From Reclinomonas americana ATCC 50394 (Eukaryota): 64,000 nucleotides of DNA. Positions 52,516-64,000 of the stretch are shown here, one piece after another. A program made the position numbers and the translations under genes. The notes under the pieces are model-generated. The model ran no database searches. It saw only the letters and a program-made list of their open reading frames with translations, and was not told the DNA's origin. Location of the stretch: NCBI GenBank assembly GCA_048213135.1, contig PS015020.1, forward strand, positions 448,218 to 512,217, in the 5' to 3' direction. Position 1 is the first letter of the stretch. The number at the start of each line of letters is the position of its first letter.

Positions 52516-53987
52516 ATGTCAGTCTCGTCGTCAAGTGAGCGCTCGTCAAGCGCGCCTCTAGTGCCACTGTCAACGTTGCATTCTCACAAAAGCACATACT
52601 CACTTGTCTCTCTCTCAAACACACACACACACACTTGCCTCTCTCTCATGCACACACACACACACATTCACTTGTCTCTCTCCCCTCTCTCTTTCTCTTC
52701 TCTTGCCTCACTCTCTCTCTCTCTCCCCTTCTCTCACTGTGCAGATGGAGGATTGCAGCCATTACAGTGGCATTTGCAGGCTATCAACTGGGATGGGGCA
52801 TTCAGATTGGATTCACCACTCCAAGTGCGTTTTCTTGTTGCTTTTTGCCTCTGTGTTCTCAAAGCACTTGACTTGAGTACTCACTCGTTGTGCACAGCAT
52901 TGAGAACGGTGAGTGGTGGATGCGACAAGAAGGAGGGAATCGTGTGACAACTGACTATTCTCACACGCGTTTTGCAGCTGGGCATGCCACAAGAGTGGGT
53001 CTCGTATGCGTGGCTGGCTGGTGCGCGTCTGTTTCCGTAGTCAATGCCTCCTTTTGAGGGAAGCTCTGATGGTCTTTCTGTTGCAGGGCCGATCTCGGGT
53101 ATCATTACACAGCCGATCATTGGCGCGTGGAGTGATAGGTGTGTACGTGGCTGGATGCCAAGTGGCCTTGTTGTTCTGCATCAGTGGGGGCATCGAAGGG
53201 GCAGAGGGAGGAGACGGTATTCGTGTTGGCCTTGCTTACTCAGACACTTGAGAAGATCTCGCATTGAGAATTATCTGGGAGCCTCCGTTTGTGGCAAGTT
53301 TCTCGAGCACGTGAAGAACTCGACTTCTGCACACGAGAGTGAACTATCTGCATCGTGTTTCGCTCCTGTTTGGACTGCGCTCTGAGAGTGGAGGATCACT
53401 GTCGTCTCTTCTGCATGTCGACCTTCCTTGTTCGCGTACATGGAGATCTTGACTCGTCTCCATTCGCGCTTCTGTTGCTCGTGCTGCTTCGGTGTTCCGG
53501 CGTTGTGGAGCTCGCTTTCTGAGAATCCCATCAGAGTCTGCTGTTGGCCCTCCTTGCTCTGTGATGAGCATGTCTTCTGTTGACTGTATTCGTGGGTTGT
53601 CATCTTCAACAGTGAGAGAGCTGCAGAGACTTTGACAGTCTTTGTAGAATGCACACTTCTCCACCGCGATCTCACCCCCCGCTCGCCCAGATGTAAGTTC
53701 AAATGGGGTCGCCGGCGACCATTCATGCTCGTCGGCACCATTTGCCTCGTCTTGTGCATTCTGCTGTTTGCCAACGCCGAAGCCATTGGGAAACTCTTGG
53801 GAGACAAGGACGATCATCATCCGGCCGGGCTGACACTCGCCGTCATCGCCTTCTGGCTCATGGATTTCTCGATCAACGCTGCACAGGGCTTACTGCGTGC
53901 GCTTCTCACGGATCTCGCGCCACCAGAGCAGCATTCGTTAGGCAATGCGCTGTTCGCGTTTCACAATGGTTGGTTGGGGGCTCACAG

Positions 53988-54023
<36 letters not shown>

Positions 54024-54042
54024 GACGAGTGGTGGTGCACTG

Positions 54043-54078
<36 letters not shown>

Positions 54079-56626
54079 TCTCCACGCTCGTCTCTATTCC
54101 CGTCACCCTTTCTTCTCGCAATGTCGCATCCTTTTCTTTCTCTTTCGCTCTCTCTCCCTCTTCTCTTTCTCCCTTCCTATCTCTCTCGCTCCTCTCCTTC
54201 TCCTTTCCTATTTCTCTCTCCCTTCCCCTCTCTGTCTCTCTCTGTCTCACACACACTCTCGCAATCCTTCCTGTCTCACGCCACGCTCACCTCTATTCCC
54301 GTCGCCCTTTCTTCTCGCAATGTCGCATCCTGATTTCACTTTCGCTATCTCCCTCCTCTCTCTCTCTTCCTCTGCTTTTATCCCTCTCCCCCCACCCTGT
54401 CCCTCTTGCAATATCGCATCCTTTCTTTCACTTTCTCCCTTCCCCCACTCTCTCTCTTTCGCTCTCTCTCTCTCTCCCTCTCCTCCCTCTCCCCCCTTTC
54501 CCCTCTCCCTCCCTCCCCTCACCCTTTCCCTCTTTCGTGCGCAGGTTGGGGCGGCGCCCTCGGCTACGTCCTCTGCGGCGTCAACCTGCTCACCATTCTC
54601 CCGTTCATGGGCACCCAACTGCGTGCGCTCTACACCCTGGCTGCCATCATCCTCACCGCGTGCGCCGTGACCACGATGGTGGCGGCCAAGGAGCAGCCGG
54701 GGAGTGTTCCACTGCGGCGGCACGACTCGTCGCAGATCGACGAGGCATTCTGTTGCGCCTCCCTCCCTCTGCGCCAACATTGTCACTTTGTTGATCTCAT
54801 TTTGTCGCCCCTCGTCATGTGGCAGTGGATGGCCGGCGTCGTGCCCGTCCTCGTCCGCGCGCACCGCCAGCCGCGACGGCGGCCGCGGTGGTGGTGGCTG
54901 CACCAGGCAAGCGCAAGTGTGGGTGCTGCCAGCCGGTGATGGCCAGTCTGCGAGCGATGACCAAGTTGCCCAAGCCGGCGGTGCGCGCCTTTGTCGTGCA
55001 GTCGTGGACCTACTTTGCCTGGTTTGTCGACGCCGAGTGTGTGTGTGCGTCGCCATTTGTGATTGGTCTGGCTCACTCCACCGCAAGGTTCTGCACATTC
55101 ATCTACCTGACCGACTGGGTCGGCGAGAGCGTGTACAAGGGCGACCCCAATGGCGACAAGGCCGCTGTGGATCGCTACAACGAGGGTGTGAGGTGTGTTG
55201 AAAATGAGAGGGGGGGGGAGGGAGTGTCTTGCGCAGGCGCTCACCATCCATTTGTCGCCGCGCAGAATGGGCAGCTTTGGCCTCGCCGTCATGTCGGTGA
55301 TCTCGTCGCTGCTCTGTGTCGCCTTGCCGTGGATCATGCGCAAGTTCACCACCAGAGTGACGTGGTTTGTGTCGTTGGTGTCGCTCTCTGTGATTCTGTG
55401 CCTGTGTATGGCAGTCACGAGGTGAGCATGGGTGACCCAGCGGGTGGGTGCCACTGGGGATCGAGTGTGCTGACTGGTTTCTGTGTTGCAGCTGGGAGGG
55501 ACCGTTGATTATGCTGTACATTGCCCCGATGGGCATTGGTCTCGCGGCCTCGTTCACCATCCCGTGGGCCATTGTGACGGTCTCGGTGTCGACAGCACAG
55601 CCATCGCAGCAAGAGCGTGATTCGTCGGTGGCGGTCGAGGACGACGAGAGCATGCGTAGGTGTGAATCGGGGGGAGAGAGAGACAGAGAGATCTAACTTC
55701 TCCGTTTGCATCCTCTGCCGTTTTGTTCCCTCAACACCTGCCTCTCTCTCTCTCCAGCGTGCACGACGCAGCGCACTCATCACGCGCACGCCTGCCTGTT
55801 GGACGCTCACCCGCGCACCCGATCGGTGTGGTCGACGCCGAGTCCTCGGTTGACGGATCGGTCCTGGCCAGCGCGGCGTTGCGTCTCTTGTTGATTGTTC
55901 ACAAGTTTCTCCATTCGTGGTCTCATCTCATCACATCGCACTACTGCAGGAGTGAGGATGGTTTCGACGACGACGATGATACCTCCGACGGGCAGACAGC
56001 GACCGATGTCGATGCGTTTGACAAGGAGCTGCCGCGCGGTCTGCTCACGGGCTCCTTCAACTTGTCGCAGTGCTTCCCTGAAATCGTTCGCAATTCCCCC
56101 TTGCACCCTCACTCCTCTCCCTCACGTTTCACTCACCCCAATACACGATGCAGATTGTCTCGCTCATCGGCGGCCCGGTTATTGGCTGGTTCGGTGGCGA
56201 TCTGTCGTCGGCGATGATCATGGGAGGCATTGGTGAGTGCAGATCGCGTGTGCCTCCCCGCTCTGTGTGTGTACACGCGCTGAATTTCGTATTGTTTTGC
56301 GCAGGAGCCGCAATCGCCGCCGCCTTTGTGTGGTGGTGCATTGTTCCACCCATCATGGACGGCCGTCCAGGTTTGCATCCTCTCCGCTAAAGCTGCCGTT
56401 GTCGTCGCCGCTCACTCCCTCTCGCGCAGTGTACATGTCGTCGCGTGTGGCCGGCGCGTACTCGCCTGTATCCTCGGCCGACCACAGCACCAACCACACC
56501 GCAGCCGCACTGCTGGCACCCGGACACCCGAATGGACAAGTGCAGCCTGGTGCCTCGTACGGCAGCCTCAGCGGCATGTCTCCACCACCACCCACTCGCG
56601 TGCAGGCAGCTTCCAGCTGGTCGTGA
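52516..56626 (+). CDS. SUC/SLC45-type (GPH family, MFS) sugar transporter
   Basis: About 15 exons: GYQLGWGIQIGFTTP, AWLAGPISGIITQPIIGAWSDRCKFKWGRRRPF, FWLMDFSINAAQGLLRALLTDL, YLTDWVGESVYKGDP, YNEGVRMG and GSFNLSQCFPEI. Confidence 0.9.
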
Positions 56627-57505
56627 TCACCTTTGTTTTTTGTACACACCACCATCGCAATAAACAAACAGAAACTCCCCCCGTACTCCTCTCTTCTCTC
56701 TCAGTGAACAACAGCTATTATCGCCAGTGAACAAAGCGCATCATTGTCAACTTCAATCAAGCAAGGGGCATGAGTGTTATTGATAAGACCTTGGCAGGAC
56801 AAAGAGAGATAAGAGGCACATGGAAGCGTTTGTTGACAACGCACACAACTGGACGACGATATGGAAAGGAATAAGTAACAGAGACGCTCGAGATTTGAGA
56901 AACCGCACAAGAGATGCATGATGCACAAGAACACAACACACCGACGCGCCGCAAATTGGACAGAGACGGAGAGAAGCAGCGGAGCGGCCGACGAAAATGC
57001 CGTGCTGGCGCAACAGGACACAGAGCGCTCACCCTGTGCCGCACCAGGCATGGAACCAAAGCCAAACCAAGCATGCATGTAGTGCGAGAATCGTGGAGCA
57101 CACGATTTTCCACCCCCCAAAGACCCCAACCACACACAACCACACCGGGACGAGAGAGAGAGGAGGCAACTAGAAGCCACCGTTCTTCCTCCCGCCGGCA
57201 GAGAGAAGTGCATGATACAGAGTTCAGCAACAAAAACAATAACGCAAAGATCGCTGAAACCACTCGAGCGAACAGCCCAGAGATGACCGAGGGAAAAACA
57301 CAAACACCTACACCGAAACAAGACGCGAAAAAAACTTAAAAAAGAAAAGAAAAAGAGGCAGACTCGTCAATCACGTCACCCAGAACCGCGGCAGCCATTT
57401 GTCACAGAAGATCGGAATGTGGACCGTAGGGCAAGCGTTGGTTGGTAGGAGGGAGGACGACGAAAAAAGACAGAGCGAAAGTCTGCGTGAGCGACCCGTG
57501 GGTGC

Positions 57506-60500
57506 TCAGAGGATGCCCATGGTGAAGGCATCGTCGGCAAATGCCGAAGTCGTAATGGGGTCAGAGCTGCCCACCGAGCCCGGCAACATCTCGGTGAAGC
57601 AGTTCTGGTAGCCGAGCTGGTAGCCGAGCATCATGTAGCGCATGATCTCGGCACTCGACATTCCCTCGCCGCATCCAGGGGCCATCTCTGCGAGGGATCG
57701 AGTGAGAATGGAGGCAAAGAAGATGATGAAGATCACGAGAAAGAAACCATTGAGGTGAGACAGCACGTCCTGGGGCATTCCATCCAGAGGATTGAATGTC
57801 TCCTTGGCATCACAGCGGTCGCCCATGGGGCTGGCATCCAACAGCGACTCCCAGCTTCCTGCTGCCAAGAGTGCGTCGTCGTCAACCAGAGGCTCAGCCA
57901 TCAGCGGACCCATCACGGACTTGGCGACCGGCGGTGGCGGCGGCTGCGGCGGCGGGGTGTCGTAGGCATGATCGGAGAAGCCAGGCATTGACGGAGTGGC
58001 CGACAGCACACTCGGAGCAATGGTGGAGGACGGAGACACGTTCAACGACGACATGGGAGAGGGTGTGGCATACTCGGCCTGGAAGTAGGACGGAGCCTGG
58101 TACAGCTTCTGGGTCGGCGGCATGCCCGACGGCGCCATCAACTGTGGAGAGGGTCCCGGCGGGGGGACAGGGGGTGCGCCAGCGGCCGGCTCGGGATGCG
58201 CGGACGAATCCTCGCGGCGGCGGCGGGCAATGCGCCACTTCTGCAGGTGGCTCTTGATGTGCTGTGTGTTGAGTCCGCTGGCGTCGACGACCTCGGCGTT
58301 GAAGCGGGCCATCACGGAGTGGATGTTCTTCGGGCCGACGTCTGTGGGAGGGGGAAGGGGGAAGGGGTGAGGATAAAAGGGAAGGGGGAATTGGGGAAGG
58401 GAAAGGGGGAGAAGGGGGAGAAGGGGGAAGGGGGAAAGGGGGAATTGGGGAGAGGGAGGGGAACGGGGAATTGGGGGAAAGGGGAAGGGGGAAGGGAGGA
58501 AGGGGGAAGGGAGGAAGGGGGAAGGGAGGAAGGGGGAAGGGAGGAAGGGGGAAGGAAGCGAAGGGAAGAGGGAATGAAGAGGAGGAAAGAGAGAAAAGGC
58601 GAAGGAAGGAAAGAAAGAAGCGAAGGAAAGAAAGAAAGAAGCGAAGGGAAGAGTGAATGAAGAAGCGAAGGGAAGAGAGAATGAAGAGCAGGAAAGAGAG
58701 AAAAGGCGAAGGGAGAGTAAGGGAACGGAAGAAAGAAAGAAGCGAAGGGAAGAGAGAAAGAAGCGAAGGGAAGAGAGACTGTCGCAAAGGCAAAGACAGA
58801 AGCGAAGGAAAGAGAGACAGAAGCGAAGGAAAGAAAGAAAGAAAGAAGCGAAGGGAAGAGAGAATGAAGAGGAGGAAAGAGAGAAAAAGGCGAAGGGCAG
58901 AGAGCGCAGAAAACGGGACGGTGGGAGACGAGCGTTCAATGACAGAATGAGGGAAGTTTGACAACGCTGCAATTGATCGATCGAGAGCAGTTGGAAATGC
59001 CACACAAGCACACAAGTCTTGTGCACAAAGAAAGCAGTTGAAAACAAGAGCATGCGCACCGAGATTCACATGGAACAGGGAGAACACGAGCAATATAAAG
59101 ATTCTTGCCGCAAAAAACAGCAAGAGGAAAGCAGTCGCCATCATCACACGCGATTAACGACAAAGCACAGCTGGGCACAACGTGGATGCACACAGACACG
59201 GCCGAGGCAGAAAGGAAGCACACACACACACGACTGAGATTCTTCCCCGCACGAATACAGGCAAAAAGCATCGGACGCCACATTCCATCCTCGGCACAGC
59301 GTGCATATCCACACCATATGACAGCCGCGGACAAGAACGATCGATACCACACACAGCGCGAGAGAGAGAAAGACAGAGAAACGAGAAGCAAACTATCTAT
59401 AATACTGCAACCAAACACACACACGCAACTCTCAGCATCGAGAGTGACCACGGCGCGCTCGAACAACGCATGCAGCTCCGGCGTCCACACAAAGCGGCGC
59501 TTCTTGTTCTTCCTACTCACACAAACCAGAGTCAGTCCTCCCAGTCGCTTGTACAAAACAAACAAGCACACGAACTTGTCATCCGACGACGTGCTGAAGT
59601 CATCCTCCTCGTCGTACTTTTGACGCTTGAGCAGCGGCTCACCCTGACACAGAGAAAGCGAGAGAAAAAAAACGTCGGCGACCCATCACCAATACGAAAG
59701 ATGCGCATCTTTCCAACTCTCAAGTCGTGCGCAACACCTAAATCAAGCACTCTCTCGCCGCCTCGCTCTCTCTTTTGCACAACACAAAGCCTCCATGCTA
59801 TCTTTGCCTGCACTCTCGACACACACCTGGTACATGAGCATGTCATCGGCAGCACGCTTCGTGTGCATCATGCCAAGCGCATGGTCATACGCCGACGGCA
59901 GCTCCGGCACCACCGGGCGACCAAGCTGATGCGCAATCGAGAACTAACAAAGAAGCAATGAGCAAACAAACACAAAAAACACGCGCGCCATCTCCAACGG
60001 TGATGATGGCCGACGACGCGACACACACACTCTTCGTTGTTTGTTGCTCGCTCACCTGCGCAGCGGCCTGTGCGGCGGCGGCGGCGGCCTGTTGCTGCTG
60101 CTGCTGAACCTGCGCGGCGACAGCGGCGGCGGCGGCCGAGGCGCTCAACGGCTGCTGCTGCTGCACCTGCTGCGCAATCTGCTGCTGCACAATGCTCTGA
60201 ATGTACTGGTGCAACAGCGCCGGGTCGCTGGCCAACCCCGCAAGCGACACCTACGTGGCGAGGGAAAGTGATGAGTGGAAACAATCACAGTCAACAAACG
60301 GCACACATTGGCAAACGGCAACGACACACACACATGCTCTCTCAATAGCACATACACACACGTAGACACACACAGACGCGCGTGTCACTATGCGCAAGCG
60401 AGTGGACGACAACAACGCACACAAACGACTGTGACACACCACACAAAAAGCGTCTACTTTTTGTCGTTTTTTCTCTCTCTTGCCACGCTCTTCCCCGTCG

Positions 60501-60697
60501 CTCACCTCTGGCTTGATGGGTGCTTGTGGTGCGGCAAAGGCGAGTGGCGCGGGGGCGACGGCTGTGGAGGGGCCTGCTTGTGCGCGGTGATGATGGCCGC
60601 CAGTGACGAGTTGTGCTTGGCGCGCCAGAGCAGCGGCCGCGCGGCGCTGCTGGATGGCATCAAAGGCCTTTTGTTGAGCTTCACTGATGAAGCACAT
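57506..60697 (-). CDS. GARP (SHAQKYF-class) Myb transcription factor with Gln/Ala- and Pro-rich regions
   Basis: KKRRFVWTPELHALFERAVVTL spliced across intron 59429-58342 to VGPKNIHSVM..GLNTQHIKSHLQKWR; 7 exons. Confidence 0.88.
58350..58910. repeat. Purine-only (sense-strand pyrimidine) minisatellite in the GARP intron
   Basis: Tandem GGGAGGAAGGGGGAA and GAAGCGAAGGGAAGAGA-like units. Confidence 0.85.
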
Positions 60698-63600
60698 GGT
60701 GTGATGTGACTGTGGTGTGTTTAGATGTCTGTGTGTGTGGGAAAAGAGTGAGTGAGAGAGAATCGCATAAATCAATCATCGCCGCTCGCAAGCAAGTTCG
60801 ACTCTGTGTTCTCTCTCTCGCGCTGTGCGTGTGCGCGTGTGTGTGTCTCTCACATGCGCGCGTGTGTGTACGTGTGTGGAGCGACGAGTCGCCGAGTGTG
60901 TCAAGTGTGAATGGGCAATCACCTTTGCGCTGCAGCGCGATGAAAAAAATTGAGGCCAATTGAAAATCGATATATGCTTGCCACTTTCAGCAGTCGCGCC
61001 CTTTGGTGCGCTGCTCTTTCACCACCTGCCACTCCTCAAAAACGTTTAATGTCAATCGTGGACTGCGTGTGGGAAAGGTGGGAAAGAGTGACGAGTGAGA
61101 AGAAGAGCAAAAGGGAAAAGGGAAAGTCCGCCACTGTGGCGAATATGCCGCAAGAACATTCGCGAGTGAGCGGAAATGGCGATACGGGAGTGAGACATGG
61201 CAATGGTGGTGATGGTGGTGGCCACATGAGAGCGCGAGTGTGATAGGTGGGAGAGAAGCAGGAGAAGGAGGAGGCTGGGCGAAAGGGCAAAACGCGCACA
61301 GGACGTTCAATACAGGCATGATCGCAATTGGCGAGTGAGTGAGTCGCGACGGGAAACCGCCTTGGGCCCGCTGTTGCTTTTATGTGTCTGTGTGTGTGTG
61401 GTGACAAAAACTGATAGAACTGGGAAGAAGGAGGAGGAGGGTGGAAGGAGAGTGAGAGGCGACGATCGCGAGAGAGCGCGATATCGATCGATCATTTCAT
61501 GGCCGTGCCCGACATGCGCAGCGCGTGTGTGAGGGCAGAGAAGTGGCGAGTGACAGTGTGATACGAGGGACGATAGTCTTAAACGGTGCAACGGGTACTG
61601 GATGTGCCGGAGAGTGACAACTGCCGATGGCCATTTTTAGGGAATGTTGGTGTGTGCAGCGTGTCACGATCGCGTTGTGGAGCGAACGGTGGCGATACAG
61701 TGCGTGCAGGAGAGAGAAGCGAGAAGGAGGCGGAGAAAGTGGTCTGCTTGTGGATGTCAGCGATCGGGCGCGATGAAGGAGAGCGACGGAGCGAGATGGC
61801 ATGCCAAGTTGGCAAGCAGGAGCAATTAGGAGGGGCGCAACCGGTTGGGCCGCTTCGATACAGATGCGGGGGAGTCAGCAGGTGCGCACGCAGCGTGACG
61901 CACCGGATCGAAAGAAGCGCCGAGATCAAAACAAGTGAGTGGTCTGCATTCCACGCCGTCACAATCGCGCCGGCATGCGCAAGCTGCATGATGCCGCGGC
62001 TCAACACCTGTGAGGATGAGCCGTGGCTCTCTGTAAGCAGCAAGACGCGCGGAAATCGAAGAATCTCGGTGCGCAGCACATCGAAACTCGAGCGGTCTTT
62101 CAAGTGCCGCCGACGGAGGGAGCAATCAGGACGCTTCCTTGGCCGCAGATGTCTGCTGGCGACGCGTAGGAAACACGCTGCGTGCAGCAGCAGAAACGGA
62201 CTCCTTTCGACAACAGAACAGCAAAAAACTGACGCTGGTCGGCATTCACGAGTAAAACTGTCTCTTCTGGGCTTCGCAATCATGTCCACGCTCGGGAGGC
62301 AGCAACGTGGTCACGGGTGGCATCGAAGAAGAGAAAGAAAGGCTCGCCGTCGCCAGGAAGCAGCAGCTCACAACAGAGGTGCAGCGAGGGCAGAAGTCCA
62401 TTGACAGTTCAGCTGCAGTTCTTCACGAAGCAACTCCAAAGGTGCAGGAGACAGGTCAAAAGTACTACACACAGCGAGTGCATCTTGAACACAGGTCGAG
62501 ACACGTCGGAAAGCAGAAGTCACTCTGAAGGTGCATCAAGGGCAGGAGACAGATCACGAACCCGCTGATGTCAAAAAAAGGAGACAGGCACACAAGTACT
62601 CAGAGATGCATGAAGAGTTACACGCAGATCAGGCAGCCTTCTGCAATGATGAGGTCTGGTCAAGACAGTTCAGCTGTTCATGAAGCAGCAACCCACTCTG
62701 CAGGTTCATGAAGCGCAAAACACAGATCAGCAACCGTCTGCAAAGGTGTTTCCGAAAAGGTCTGTCTCCGTCACCGATCGGCCACCTCACAATGACAGTT
62801 CAGCTGTTCACGACAGCAAGCCACTAGTGGATCAGCGATCCTCTGCAAAGGTGTACCGATGGCAAAACACACACAGGTGCACGGAGAACAGGAGACCCTC
62901 TCTTGACGATCTTCAGCAGCACACCACGGGTCAACACAGCAGAAACCCGCTCTCCAATGGCCCAGACTCTTTCAGAGATCAGTAGCCCACGAGAACGGTG
63001 CATCAAGAGGAGTTCAGATTGTTTCAGCGATTTTCTCAGGGTGTCTCCGATCAGCAAGAAAACTGGCTCCATACCGCAGAACAACAGCACATGAGTCTTG
63101 AAAGCTCTTCTCCTTCGCTGAATAAATAGAGAATGACAACACCTTGGTCTCGAGCTTCTCTCCACCACAGAACCACAGCGAGTGGCTCTCAAAGCATCTC
63201 TCTCTCTCTCTCTCGATGAATCAACAGAAAGACTATACCTTGTTCTCATCCAAATCACATCTCTCTTGAGCTCATCTCCGCTGAATCAACAGAGAAAGAC
63301 AGTAGAGTTTCTCCCCACTCTTACATGCTCTTCTCCATCAACAGACTCGGTCTCTCACAAGGAAACTGACTCCATCCTCTCGCCCACCACATATCTCTGC
63401 ACTCCCACCAACAGAGACAGTTTCCGTTTTCGACTTTCTTTTTATTGCCATCCACGGCACACAACACGACACGACACGACACACATACCACTCAACCTAC
63501 ATTCTCATGCCACAAAAAAAGAGACAAAGACGGGAAAGAATGCCAACAGTAGCGTCGCCCAGCGTGTGAAGAAGACAATCAATATCCATGCCCGTTCACA

Positions 63601-64000
63601 CAACAACAACGACGCACTACACCGCACATTCTCTCCACCTCCCTACCCCTCTTCCCGCTGCCACAAGAGAGCAGCAGCAGCAGCACACTCAACCAAACAG
63701 ACACACACAATGCCACACATATTCGACCACAAATCACACACATCCACACCTACACAAGCCTCCCCTCCTTTTAACCGCAAATGCAGCCAAACTCTCGCCC
63801 AGCACATGTCACAAACGCACACCAACCCCACAAGACTACCCACGGAGAGACAGTCGAGGGAGGAGGCGGTGAGACGCAACAGCACCAGTCAAGCAGAGGC
63901 CACACCCGCGGAAAAAACATTAAGAAACAGAAACAAGCAAGCAAGCGCACGAGAGAGAGAAACGAGAGAGATAGAGAGCGAGGTGACTTGCTTATTTCTC

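Noticed and set aside
61579-62404. Overlapping 236-aa and 272-aa ORFs
   Set aside because: Arg/Ser/Cys-rich shadow-like composition with no motifs or clear splice structure.

Overview
Gene-dense, extremely intron-rich eukaryotic (protist) scaffold with CA/GA microsatellites and two N-gaps. The gene set (tectonins, TerD, SHLQK-type GARP Myb, SUC-type transporter) suggests an amoeboid or heterotrophic protist; this is inference only. Splicing by hand on both strands, I recover about 16 genes: two CaaX-terminated tandem-TerD proteins, a phospholipid scramblase, two secreted tectonin lectins, a Kelch protein, DPM1, a syntaxin-17-like SNARE, a TTLL ligase, a giant coiled-coil/polyproline/repeat protein ending in a bacterial-type barstar domain, a divergent tandem-repeat protein, a NAT8-like GNAT, a His-rich neutral ceramidase, a small membrane protein, a SUC/SLC45 transporter and a GARP Myb factor. 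Three things stand out. (1) A very common second class of 5' splice site, GTTGCGT/GTTTCGT/GTTGAGT, has the conserved G+5/T+6 displaced to +6/+7; it accounts for about 50 of roughly 170 introns by my approximate count, and 4 of 6 in DPM1. (2) An intron-containing eukaryotic barstar domain has a duplicated, apparently conserved alternative last exon. (3) There are chains of 6-16 nt micro-exons. All gene models are manual and unverified by RNA data.
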